Positions 48,801 to 62,500 of a DNA stretch of 64,000 nucleotides are shown piece by piece. The notes below the pieces were generated by a model. It made no database searches. It had not been told where the DNA came from and saw only the letters and a list, made by a program, of their open reading frames with translations. Origin of the DNA: Pocillopora damicornis. Taxonomy: Eukaryota. Every line of letters starts with the position of its first letter. The stretch's first letter is position 1. The position numbers and the translations under genes are program-made. The stretch is from contig NW_020847110.1 in assembly GCF_003704095.1 (NCBI RefSeq), forward strand, positions 1 to 64,000, read 5' to 3'.

Positions 48801-51800
48801 CTTTTTCTTTTTCAGAAATGCAAACATAAAACCACCCATCCACAAAAAAACAATTGCATGCGAGCATGCCTATGTTAAACAAAAAGTTGAAAAAATGCAA
48901 AGCATCAATACAAAGAATACTTACCTGAGAAAACCGTCGGACGGTGGAATATACGAAGAATCAGCATCCAAACGAGATTGTTTCCTCAGCACAACCCCTG
49001 TTAGATAATGAAGATAGAACAATTAGGCACAACTCTTCAGACGACCACCGAAGATGTTTTTTTCCTGACGTCATTGCAAGACATCAAAAAAAATCCACAA
49101 ACGTAGTGATTAACCCTTTAACTCCCAGTAGTGACTAACATCAAACTTCTCCTTAAAGTAATGCTACTGAATAACACATCACAGTCATGAGAATATAAGA
49201 AATCATCACCAGTTAGAAAAAGTAAGCTCTTGATTTGTAGACAAATTCTCCTGCCAGTACCATAGGAAATGTAGAGAACAGTAGGGAGAATATGAATGCT
49301 GATGTTGGATTATAAAGGGCTAAAGGAAAGATAGGCTTTCGAGAGAGCAAGTGCAGTTGAGCTTTGATGGTGACTTCCCTTGCTTATTTCCTTTTTGAAC
49401 TTTGCGACTTAAACGAGGAGAACCAAGCCGATAAAAAATATTAAATCTCTGCAAGGAAATGGGGTGATCTTAAGAACGATCACAATTTGGCCTCATTCAA
49501 AACCCTTTCATAATTGCAATGAATGCAAACTTTGTTATCCATGCCGAGCTAGAGCTGATCCTTCAGCAGTAGTACTGTGAGTATATTCAGTTCATAGATT
49601 AGTCGTAATTAAACAAGAATGTTTTATAAAACAGACACAAAATATCTAAACTTTTCGCACTGTTTGCCTAACATTTCTCAGAAACTTAGCCCTAACGATT
49701 TGGTATTTAGTAACAAACATGTCAAAATAACCAAAACTGATAAGCTGAGACAAGGCATTTCTCCTTAATTTTGGCAATTGTCGCGGGCAAAATTGCTTGA
49801 AATTGCAAATATTAAAAGAAGGCTGAACTTTGCCCGAGAGAATTACAATTTCATTATGGCAAATGTTTTGTTTTTAGCAGGACTGGTTTCCCACATCCTG
49901 AAATATTAAAATTAAAATCCAAAATTTACGGGGAAACACGCAATCACCCACACTAATGAAACAGTTTCCCCAGGAGATATTTTTCTTCCATTATACGTAT
50001 GTATAACAATGGACAGATACCGTGAGGAGAAAACGCTTTTTGGTCACAGTATAATGATAACAACAACTTTATTTAAGGATGGTAACACATAACAGTAATT
50101 CAACCAATGAACTAGAGGCCATCGATCCTGAAAGTACCACAATTAGAATTAAAATGTATTCGAGGATTAAAAAACTGGTCGACAGGTCTATAAGGATATA
50201 GGCAAAAAACTAGATAAAATAAAATATGCCGCTTGGGTCAGGCTAAATCGCATTCGGACTGAAATATTCTACTTCATCATAGCTTCCTAAGAGTTGGATC
50301 TGCTCTTACGAGCCAAACATCGACTAGGAAAAAAGGTTGGGGTAAGGGTTAGTACTTTTAGTCAGATTATATCTTCATCAAAATTATAGAAAAATAGAAA
50401 TAATTTGCTACCAGGTGTTCGCTTCTATCGCGCTGTAGTTGCTAGTCAGTAGTTTGCTCTCACCCCTCACAAATCCGAAAGAAAATAAGGTCAATTAATT
50501 CACATACCACCAAAAGTCGTAAATTTACTGAAATATCGCAGTAAATCTCATTATTATGACCACAGTATACTTGTCGACATTTGATCAATCAAATTATAAT
50601 TATAATGGAAGTGAATCATACTTCAATTGCCAAAACGGTTTCCCAAGTGTTTCGATTCTGAAAAACATCGACTTAAGCAACAGCTCCTTGTTCTCGTTGA
50701 AAGTTTCCCCGATTTTGAATAAACCGACTCTTTCACTCAACCATTTGCACTTCACGCTCAATTGCCGAATCGGGCGTTCATAAACCGGTTGGAAAGCGAG
50801 TCACGTCCTCACCGCGGAAATCAGAAAAAGTTCTACGTTCGCTTTGGGAGCGATTTCTGCGAAAACGCATGTTCCTCAAGATGTCTCTGACAGCATGTCG
50901 AAAGTGTCTCATCTTTAAACAGTAGATTACCGGATTCAAAGACGAATTAAGAAACACCAGAGTCCACGAACAAAGAAGAAAACCCTTTATCATAGTACTC
51001 CGCTCTAAAATTGCAGTTCCAATTAAACTGCCTCCTCTTGGCAAATAGCACACCATAAACACAACATAAACGTAGAATAAATTGACTGCTGATTTTGAAA
51101 GACTAGTTAAGTTTCTCATTTCACTGTTCGGTGCTGCTTGCTGCAACTGAAGGCCTCTAATCTGGTTTTTATGGCGTCGTAAAACCACAAAAATCTTGCA
51201 GTAGACCAAAGTAGTAAACATAAGGCAAATGGTTCCAACAAAGAATATAATAAGAGAACTTTCGCTCGGGAACCATGCTGGTGTCAAAGACAGCGAAGCA
51301 CTGAAAACCCAAACGGTGATCACCACAGCAGCAACACGCCTGTGAGTTACGATTTCCCTGTATCTAAGGTGAAACTGAATCGCCATAAATCTGTCCACGC
51401 TTAAAAGAACAACACCAAAAAACGACGCCAATGCAAACAGAGACATGATCATGAAAAATATCTTGTAGGTAAAACAGCTGGGTTTGCTATAGTGTAGCCA
51501 CTTCACGAGAAGAGAAATGTAAAATGGATGGACCACTAAACCGACTCCAACATCAGAAACAGCAAGACTTAAGAGCAATATTTTCAACGTTTTTGGCAAC
51601 GACCAGGTTTTTCGTATTGCGTGGATCGTGAGCAGGTTTAACGCTACCGCTGCATGACAAAGAAAAACATTAAGCACCAAATTAACCACGAAAGTCAAGC
51701 GAAGATCTGCAAATTCGGAAAGTGCTGGGACGTACTGTAGGACCGCTTCGCAAGACGAGATCTTCATGTTATCGCTGCCTGTTGCAACAATTCAGTTAAC

Positions 51801-54800
51801 GTCTTGCCTTTTTAAACAAAAATTAGTTGAATGACCTCACCCAATGATCCAGTTTAAATTTGCATAGCTAAGGTGATGTCAAGACAACAAATCAGTCATA
51901 TGGGCGAATTCTGACAAAACTTCCTCACACGACATGTATATATTAACAATGTTCGCGGAATTCAGTATTAACAATATTTGGTGTTCTTTCACGATTACCC
52001 GCCAACTAAGGCCTGTAAGATTACCATACCCTTAATTAAAATAAACCGCCCCATAAAATTCAGAATTTCTCCTAATGGATAATAAACGATGTCATTGTAA
52101 CTGTGTTTCAATTTGTTTGAACGAAATCTCCCCGCCCATGATCTTTAATATCAGTCAAAAGTAAATGGCAGCACTTCTGGAAGACCTTAACAATATTGTG
52201 TATAAAACTGACCGTTTTGCATACGAAAAAAAAAATTTATCTTCCAAATAATTAATACCGAATCAGCTAACCTTTCTTTTTAACGTGGGGACACCTGCTG
52301 CTAAACAAAGCCAAAACCGAGAGATTATTTACTCTAAATATATCTTTTTTAGATTTTTCTCGATGTTAATTTTTTTGCCCCCACTCTCTTCGAGAAAAAA
52401 AAACAAAACAATGAAGATTAAAAAGTAGCTTATGTAACAAATATTGCTCATCTATTCCATTTTCAGAAAAGCATCAATGCTGTGAAATCAAGACTGCTTC
52501 CTTTCGGTGATATCATCCAGTTAACAGTAAACGATTTGCATATTTTCAATATTTGACGAAGCAAACTAGGCTTAAAAGTTTCCTTTGATAACTTAAAATA
52601 ATAGCTGATGCAACAAGACCGAAAATAAAAACAACTTTAAAATTTGAATTGAAAATTGCATCTCCTGGTTGATTAATTCAAACCACCGTAAAACCCATTT
52701 CTATACGTGTTAGTGCTCCGTGTTTCCTAGTTAATTTATCAAAATATCTGTAAAATAAACATCACTAGTCTGTTCTTTCCATTCGACTGCACGTAACTTA
52801 AATCAACATCGTCTAAATCACAAGTAATTTTCCCCTCTCGTTCACCTGCAACACTTTAATCCACACAAATACTAAAGCGTCAAATTAAGAAATTGATCGA
52901 ACCTAAGACTCTTAAGAAAGACCAGCGTTGTTGAGCTTTCATAACGCTAACAAACCCCGCGAGTTCTAGACATGACGACTGAAATTCACCCACTGAAGTC
53001 AATGTTTATTTCTCTATACCAAAGCTTGTAGCAGAAGTCAAATGAATCAATATGCGCGGACAACAATCGAATGAAATCGACAAGTCAAGATTGAGGAATC
53101 TAAGATTAAAAAGGGAATAGAGGCAACAACTAAGAGGAAATCTCTTATGAAGTACAGAGAGCAAATGAACCGAAAAAAAAAAGCCTTCGCAATCGAGGGC
53201 AGTGAAAATATCATTCACCGCTCCTCAAGACACGAGACAAATTCTAATGAAATGGGAGTTTGAGTCTTCTGTATACAAAACCAACCGGAAAGAAGAAGAG
53301 GCTGAATCTCATCCTTAGAGTGTTTTGCACGAAAAGGTGTCTAGCGCTTTGTCTAAAAAGGCGTGAACGCATCTAAGAGAAAGTGTAAAGAGTGACATTT
53401 AATACTACCCACACGTTTGAATGACGTCGGGCGATCGTCAGGATAAGGGTAAGTCCTAAAATGGACTGTTTCCTGTGGCAAAGAATAATGTTTCAAGTGT
53501 CATGGAGTCACAGTCAGTTGTCTCTGTTCATGTTCGTTTTCCTTATAACGTTTTCATATAAAAAAGCAAAAATTGAAATACAAAAAAAAGGGAAAAAGAC
53601 AAATAGGAGTTAATTAGCATTTAGAACTTCCCCCAGGCTATATGCCCGCCAGCGACCAATTTTCCCAGAATTTCCACTGAAATAATTATTCTCTTAAACT
53701 TCTTGGGCGTATGAGATTTAAGAGATTTCAAGCGACTCCAAAAGATTTAAAAAGAAAAAAATATATACATAAATATATTTTAGTGCCGTATGCTCACGCT
53801 GTATGCTAATGAATTCGAATTTGGCTCATAGCTTTTTCCTTTTTATATAACGTTACTGCAATTAGTTGCAAATCGCTCTCTCGCGTTTCTATGCATATTG
53901 ATAAAAAACAGTCAAATCGACTCACCTATAGGACTTTCTGGATACGAATGGGCATAAAGAAGGAGTATTTTGTTTAAAACAATTTCTTCCCCTCTGAGTT
54001 TCTGTCAGGAGAACAAAATTGGAAGTTTGATTGTTTTCAAAAAAGGGGTAATTACTATCACTGGTAAACACTCAGAGTAAACATGCTGAAGGAGGACACC
54101 CAGAACTGACCGAGGTTTCGAAACAAGCGGCAGATATGAACTAAAAATAATGAAACAATGTCAGTATCTGAACAAATGCGCAACAACAATCAACTGATAA
54201 CAAGTTAGAGTTTAGGTGGGGTTAGACTGTTAAGGGAGGGGAAGGTGCGCAGTTGCTCAGAATCTGACGTTGATCCAAAATAGTGCAGTATAAAACAACT
54301 TCAGTTGACCCTCACAGATCCTCATTTTGCATGAGGCAGTATCTCTCTAAAGCAACAAAACTATGCCATCACAAATGATCACACTCCACCAAGTGGAACC
54401 TATAAAATCACAAAACGCTTTCTGAAATAAAAGAGAACATTTTGTATTTGCAAGAAAAAGGTGGTTTATCGTCGGATGTTGCTAGTATTCCACCCTTGGA
54501 GTTTCTACAGATCCACATATTTTCAAATAAGGAGGAAAGATCATTTCTATCTTAAAAAAAACAAGGAAAAAGTTTACAGGAGATGACTTCATATTCAAGA
54601 CTTCTCAGAGTCCCGACACTAGCTCCTTTACCTAAAGAAATTTATTAAAATTTGACGCCTTTAACGACCTTGCCAATAGATCAGGCGAACTTTTTCCCGC
54701 TTTTTGTCGAGCGAACGCAAGAACGACCTAAACGCCTCGAGCGAGTTGTGCACGCGAGGAAAAGGGCGAAAGAAAAATCGCCTTTGCAAATGCATCAAGA

Positions 54801-57800
54801 CGTTTCTCGCTAACAATATGGCAGCTCCTCCACGCGTGCGACTAACCCTTCATGCGCACTTCGCGCCTGTATTCCCTCGACTGAATTGTGCGAATGTACA
54901 GTAATGCATGATAATGACGCCTGTTCTGCAGGCTCTCATTGGCCAATTATCTCAATTTTATAACCTGGTCAAAGTTGTCCGGTTCATAAGGAAAACAAAT
55001 GTGAGACATCATAATCGTTTCCATGGCGACAACTGACAGCTTATCAAAACATGGATCTGTGAATAGATCGTACACCTGCATGGAAAAGATTTAAAAGAGG
55101 AGAGAGAACATAAGATTCTAAACAGTGTATTTAATCATTTTGTTTTAGTTACATAAAATAACGAGCTCTTGACACTTAACCCTCACTTTCAGTCTTTTCC
55201 CTTCCTTTTAAGCCAATAAACCACGGTGAATGAAAGGGAACTCAAAATTCTCTAACTTGGCCAAATGGACACTTAATTTTTCCGAGGCCCACTGATTTTT
55301 CTCGGCGAATCAGATTAGAGTTCATTCAAAACCCACCCTACTTAACCAAAACTAGTGGTGCTTAAACTTGGTTTGTTCCTAGTAGTCTAACTGATAGGTT
55401 GCTAAAGCGAAAAGTTTTGACAATGGTGGGCAACTATGTGGGCTATATTTAGTAGACTGCAAACCCACCTGATGTAGCCACCTCTTCAGCCCTCGTTTAA
55501 TTTCCTCCACAACTGTCAATGCAGCCCGACCACAGCTCTCTGGATCCTAGAGACCGAAAAAAGGTTGAACTTTTTAAGATTAGTCACTGCGTAAATCACT
55601 GTCTATAACAACATCCACATCAAATCCTTTCATTTCCAAAGCAGATCAAACACGGACACATAAATGTAAAAGGAAAGTCTGCACAATTGGCTGACTCATC
55701 ACAGCCACAGGAGCTTATCCATCCGTAACATGGAGTAATCTGGAGCATTGGTACTCCTGTTAAATGGGATGCCAGTGCAGTACTACATAAGGGACCTTCC
55801 GCTATCATGACGACAACGCGGAGGAAAACACTGACTAAAAATATGGAAATATATTTCTCTGAAATATTTTGCGCCATAAATGACACCAGACCTTCACTTC
55901 AGAATAAGATGTGAAGGCGTCGTTGGTTTCCAAGAAGAAATGCACATAATTTGCTGTTGGAGTTTTCGCTCTCAGACCAAACAAAATTTTGGAAATTTTA
56001 CTACAATTATAAGCAGATAACAACAATCAAAGCTTTCTTCCAGCTCATTAGTCTTTTGTTTTAGCGCGCTCTCGTTGTCATCGCCTTCCCAGTTTGCGCA
56101 AAGTCCTATTTGTGTGTCGTGACAGTTCTTTAGCCATAACACTGCCTTGTCTACAATACCTTCCAACTCGGCGGAGGCTGCTCCAAGAAATGCATCAGGC
56201 GACCAGCATGGAGAATGGAATACCTGAGGGCAATACAGCTGCCATAACACAACAGGGTGTGATCACGTGACAGGAAATTGTCCCATAGGATTTCTAATGG
56301 TTTCATGTCAAACCAGCGAACCACTTCTGTAGCCAGCGGAAGAACCTTAAAAATTATGACGACAACAACATTTTAGGCAAGGGAAAATAACCCGAGCATC
56401 AAATATCCTTTAAAGAAGGGCGTGCCTGAGATAGCATGTTAGTCTTTGACAGTGATTTTAAGTTGAGTTTGGAAAGTGAGCTAAGATTGCATTTCTTTAT
56501 TAGATTCAATATAATCAACGCCAATCAGATGCAAAACCAAAACCCTTCGCGACTTCATCCTTCGCTGTTTCCTGCACTTGGAGCCGTACTCATGTATCAC
56601 TGACTCGGTCATATTTCCCCATTTGTGAACAGTGGTCACTTCTTTGGTTTTACAACCTTGACTAAGAGGAGCACCATGGAACTTGAATGTAAGAGGCGTC
56701 ACTGGGTATCACTGGATGTAGGCGAAGTTTTTCTAACGGCTTTTTCTTGGTCAAAGTTAAGTTAGCTATGTCAGTACCTGTTGCCCCATTCGACGCAGTT
56801 CCCATCTGGTATCAGCTAAACATTCTACGGTCTGCAGAAATACCTAGTGAGTAAGAAACAAAACTGTTTTAGCATTGAAAAATACTAAAATATTCCAATA
56901 GAGTAACCACTGTAATGCTGAGATTTTCAAGCGGTTTCGAACTTAATGCTCTGATCCGCGTGCTGTAAAAACTATTTGAAGAACAAGAAAAACGAAATTT
57001 TTATTCTAAGAAAAGTGCGGCAGAGTTTTCATAATTTTACAAGCACTCTTACTTGCGATAAGACAGAGGAAAGTGGCCCCAGTTGAAGAGCGTTCGTCCA
57101 TTGAGGATCTTCGTCTCTGGAATGTCAAATTTAATTTCAAAAATCATCATTCCATCAGAATCAATATCCCGCTGATGTTACAAAGTGTGCAGTTTACGAG
57201 ACAATCGAGACTTACGAGACCAACGTTGATAAATTAAGAGACACCTTGTTGGATGAACCTTCCCCTATAATACAAAAGCCAGACATGTAAGGTCATGTAT
57301 GGTGGAAACGATCCAAAAAAATAGGACGAACAAAAATGGCGTAGACTATTCCAGGCTTTGGCTGGTTTTCGCTTTATCAATCTTCCTCCCTGACCCACCA
57401 TCTGCAGCTGGCACAAGCTGACAGTCATAAGAGAAAACTCAAAGCAAAAGCTCGTTCTTCACATGTAGTGGCTCTCTTAAGCGTGTCTTTACAACTTACC
57501 AGAATTTTCTTTACGGATGGGGGGCACTTTCGAGTTTACTCATTATAGGTTCAAATTCTTAAGTAAAATGTTATCTTCGAAATGGCACTTCAGATGAAAG
57601 GAACAAAGACAGTGTCAACTCATTAATTCTAATCACTTCTAATCACTTCGGCAATAACCTTTACTACTTATGGTGTAAATTCTAATTTTAAAGATGTCTA
57701 ATTCATTTAAAAATATTACTGAGCTAGCAACACAAACCGGATCGAGAGCTGCTCCATCCAAAAGGAGATTTTAAACACCGGAACATTATTTCGACAGAAA

Positions 57801-59523
57801 GATCCTATGAAAACGAAATTGATTTTATCAAAAAACCAATGTAACCAACATTATACCAAGTACGCTAAAAGTACTAATTAGCGAGTCTATGTTACGCAAA
57901 CCGTTAATTTGTTGAATGGAACGGCGTTCTAGTCTAACGATCTGAAAGTTAACACGATAACGCTCTAAAACTCTAAATTCCTAATACATACTCAACATAA
58001 GATGTCGACTCTTTCATACCTCAGTGGAGGGCTGTTCTGCATCCAAAGCTTTCGTCTGATTGAGTAATGAATTACCCTGAAAAAGCAAACAAAAATAAAG
58101 ATAGCCAACGCATTGCCTGACCAAGTAGCCCTGAAAAACTCATGACATTTTTCGCAACGCCTATCCCTGGCTGGAAAAGAATTATCGCCGTCCACATCAT
58201 TCTTTGAGTAATTTTGAAATGCATCGAAGAATGAAACAGTTTGTTTCTAATATCTATCTAAAAAACTCCTACCAGAGCAAACGTGCTCGTTCGTGGAAGT
58301 CTAAAAGGTCTCTTAGGTGAAATGTGAGGCGTTGCCACAGAGTACTGTCTGATGAGTTGTTTTGTGTGAGTATCAGCTTCGACAGCAACACAAGATGATG
58401 CTCTCCTGTCGAGTTTAAAGATATTAAACACCTCAAACGCTGAAGTAGTCGAAAAAGCCTCTCAGAACAAAGTTAAATAAATATGAAGCTTTACGCACTC
58501 ACAGTCAATACAATAATCGGTATCAAGCGCGCGAAATCGCGATTGGTCGCGATTGACCGAGAGGATTTGTTGAGGGAATCGCGTGAGATCCTGGACCAAT
58601 CGCTAAGCGAGCCCTATCCAGCAGAGCAGGCGTAATTTTGGCGAGCGAGTGCTCGTTAATTTATTGACGAAAATCATAGCTGCCATCTTTGATTNNNNNN
58701 NNNNNNNNNNNNNNNNNNNNNNNNNNNNNNNNNNNNNNNNNNNNNNNNNNNNNNNNNNNNNNNNNNNNNNNNNNNNNNNNNNNNNNNNNNNNNNNNNCGC
58801 CCTCTACCCCCACTGTCCACTCTGACTCCGAATCAAACACGGCCGTTCTGATAAAAGATCGCGAGCTTTTAAACGTGAACAAGCCCTAATAAGACGCCAG
58901 CCCTGCCGGCCAAGCGAGCCCACGCTCCTTCCTCTGAAAAGGCCCGAAGAGTTTCTGTTCGGGAGGATCGAAGAGTAAATTGAAAATTTCTCTGAAAATA
59001 AATATTCACATCTTTCTCCCACAATACATGGCTTAAAAAGACTAAGCAGTTAATCAAAACAAATTGTGATATATCGGAGTCCAATGGAAAAAACATTTGC
59101 ATGTGCTCACGTTCTGTAACCTAAATATATTGCCAATCATATCATTTAGAACTAAACTCCTAAAAAATTAAAATATTCTTAAAAAACAAACAAGGGTTCA
59201 GATTTAAGAAACACACTTTGCTTTCGCTTTTGTGGGGAATTTGCTTTTCCTGGTGTCCGTGCCCTGAACTGATTCTGTTCTTTCTTGCATTTTTTCCAAG
59301 GAGCCGCTCTCTCCTTCCTACAAAGAGAGAATGTTCATTTTCAGTTTGTCAATCGTTCAAAAATTGATACTTTCAAATTTAAAAAGGTTAATTCTTTAAC
59401 TCTTAGAAGTAACTGATGTTTAATTCTCCTAACAATAAGACACAAATTTACGGAAAAACTGGTTCTGCTGATAGAAAAACTTGTCTGCTAAATGAAGAGT
59501 TTTATTTTTTCCAGTATTTATTT

Positions 59524-59554
<31 letters not shown>

Positions 59555-62500
59555 GAAGGTGGGAGATGAGCTACAGATGCTACAGGGGAGTTACCGATCA
59601 GTTCCAGACATTTGAAGGGTTATGAGATAGAGGAGAATAAATCAAAGCACGACTTAGATTGAGTATGGTGAATGAAGAGTATATGAAGTAACCACTTGAA
59701 AGAACTACAGGCGCAAATGATCTGTATGGGGAAAAATATCAGTTAAATGCTAATATGAACATTTTTTATCCAACTTTCACGGCCACTGAACAGAAATCTT
59801 GTCCCGTACCTTAATGGTTGTTGTGGTGTACAGCATTCCAGATGACGCGGAGTTTATCATACCGATACTATTGCTCTTCACACATAAAGGATGTGATTTA
59901 GGCGACACATCTGACTTTGATCTGAAACAAATTCACGGCAAGAAAATTACGAACGACAACTAACCCCACATAGCTTGTAACTTTTGCTGCTAGTTTTGAA
60001 TCTAAGTAATGGAGCCTATAGAGGATATAATAGGAGACTACGACTGAAAAAGTAACAGTAATACACTCCATGCATCATACACCAATCACACAACTGGACG
60101 AGAGCGCCCGAGAAACAAACTGAGGGCAGGAAAGATGGCGGTTAAGGCTTAAAGGAGCAACGTTATTTCCAAGCATCGAAAAAAAAAAAGATTAAAACGA
60201 GAGATAAAAGGAATATTCTACAAGGATAGTTGAGGATGGGAGACGGATCAACGACACGAAATTTGAAAGTGAAGCTGTGTCCACTTACCTGTCTCTGACA
60301 AACAAAGAATGATTAGGCGAAGCTTTGTTTGACAAACTAGACACAAAGAAAGGTGCAAGTAGTATTAAAGTGCAAATTACATGTACCTGTAGATAGTTAA
60401 AAGTGCATCATCAAGAGTACATTATCATCTTTGTTAGGGTGCAGTTGTTAAAATAATAATAAAAAAATGTCTGCTACATGTAATGCGCCGATCAATTTGA
60501 AGCTTCAACATCCCCACCGGCAATCTTAAGGCATTGACTGTCGTCCATGCTCGGGGGGTGGGGAATTTGAACCTTGTGTGGGTGGGGTGGGGCAAGTCTT
60601 TCAAGTATAATACACGTGTTTTAATGGACGATTTTTAAGGTGAGGAGTCTGCTGTCGTGAGCAAATGGCTTAGAGAGACAATTTCCACATCGTAGATTGA
60701 TGCTTATGAGCAACAAACCTAACAGCAACAGCAACAGCAACAATACATAACTTTGCTAAATTCTACAACATTCGTTAATCACAAAAAGAATTGTTCTGTA
60801 TCGAGTGGGGCATTTGAACGCAATCTTGGCCCGGGGGCGGGACTTTGAATCCTCGAACTGATCGACGCACAAGCTGTCTGAAGGATGTTTAAATTCTTAG
60901 CGGTTGATCAATCAATCTGTTTCACATCGTGTGGCCAAACTGAAAGGATACTTAAATAATTGATTTTGAGATTTTCCTTCTCATGTAGCATAAACCATTT
61001 CTAATCTCTTTAAACTCAAATCCTTAGGCCATTTAAACAGGACCTTGTGGGTTGTAGTTTCCTTAAATGTACTGTTGTTGGTTTTTAACCTTGTCACTCC
61101 CACGATCTCATCACTAATTCTCCTTACTGTCTGCCATACATTTCTTATTGTTAGTAGGGAGATTATGGTATTGGATCAACTAATAATCTCCCAATCAATA
61201 TTGTTCCTTATTCTCATCACATGTCAGTTTGATGTTTATTGAAATTGTAAGTAGAAATTCTGTCTCGGTCACCTATGGTAGTCAAAAGGTTTAATACAAA
61301 GGTGTTCACAACCATCAAGTACACCTGATGTTGTACCTGTACCTGTTGATAAGAGTTTCATCCACTGAAGATGATGATGCAGAGGCTTTTGATACAGGGA
61401 GGACATATGTAGGAAACACATAATGGATGTGGTTTGTTATTAAGAACTTTAAAATGAGCTCATAAGCCAACAGTCTTCCTTCTCTCCATTCCCAGCTCTC
61501 AGACATTAAGAAATCAGGCGATGCACCATCTGTCAAAAAAAAAATGCATTTTTTTTTAACCAATAGTCATTGAAGTGGCTTGGTATGTACATGTATTATG
61601 ATGAAGGGTTGAGTAAAGATAAATTTGCACATTAAACTTTTCAACATGAGAGAAATGCAATAATGAGCCTGTAGTGCATGGTGATTGAAACAGTAGCAAC
61701 TGGACCTAGGAGACACCACAACTGTAACAGTGTTAAGTTTTTTCTTTGTACCCTGCTCAAGACTATTATTTCCTAATAAAGTATCACCTAAGTCTACATG
61801 AATTGTACAATGAGATACATTTTAGTAAACATTAACAAATTTTCTACCTGCCAACAGTTTTGCAACTTGCCGAATACTTGTCCTTGTGGATTTGTTAGGT
61901 GGCACTGGTGACATCCCAGTCTGAGCAGAAGATGAGCCACACTGGGCTTCAGGTCCTGAATTAAAACCCAAACAAGAAAGAGATTATACCATGAAGCTTT
62001 AGAGATGTATCATCCTCTTCAATTAAGTTATTATCTCTTCTAGCTCATATACTTATACAATTTTGTGTAGTGTATACATGACTTGTACTGTATAATGGTA
62101 CTTGAACTAAGTGGAGCACAAATTGGTCTGAAATCATATGTAAGATTTGAAATCACAAGTATGATTTCAGATCAACATTGCACAAAACAAAGTTCCATTA
62201 CCACCATTACATTCATATGAAAATGCAAATTTAAAAAGAGAAAGAAAAAGTTTTGAGTTAAAAAATTGCATAATCCACCACACATTGGTGAAATTAAGTG
62301 TGGTGCAGATTAAGCGATACCTTAATTAGTCAACATGATCACAGGTTTTAAGACTAATAATAATTTCCAATGAAGACCTTGGCAGGAAAATTGCATAAAA
62401 CTCACCAACATTACTTAGAGAGTCAGCTGAGGCATAGCATAAATCAGGGCTTGACATTGGACTAGGGGTGCGTATAAATGGAACTTGACTTTCAGATCCA

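Noticed and set aside
50778-51767. Fifth opsin
   Set aside because: It has no Lys296 (TM7 is VFLNSSLNPVIY), has DRF and lacks the shared intron; it is an ordinary class A GPCR.
55972-56250. 92-aa minus-strand ORF as a separate gene
   Set aside because: It overlaps host exon 56160-56345 in a different frame, and the spliced frame is phase-consistent with both neighbours.
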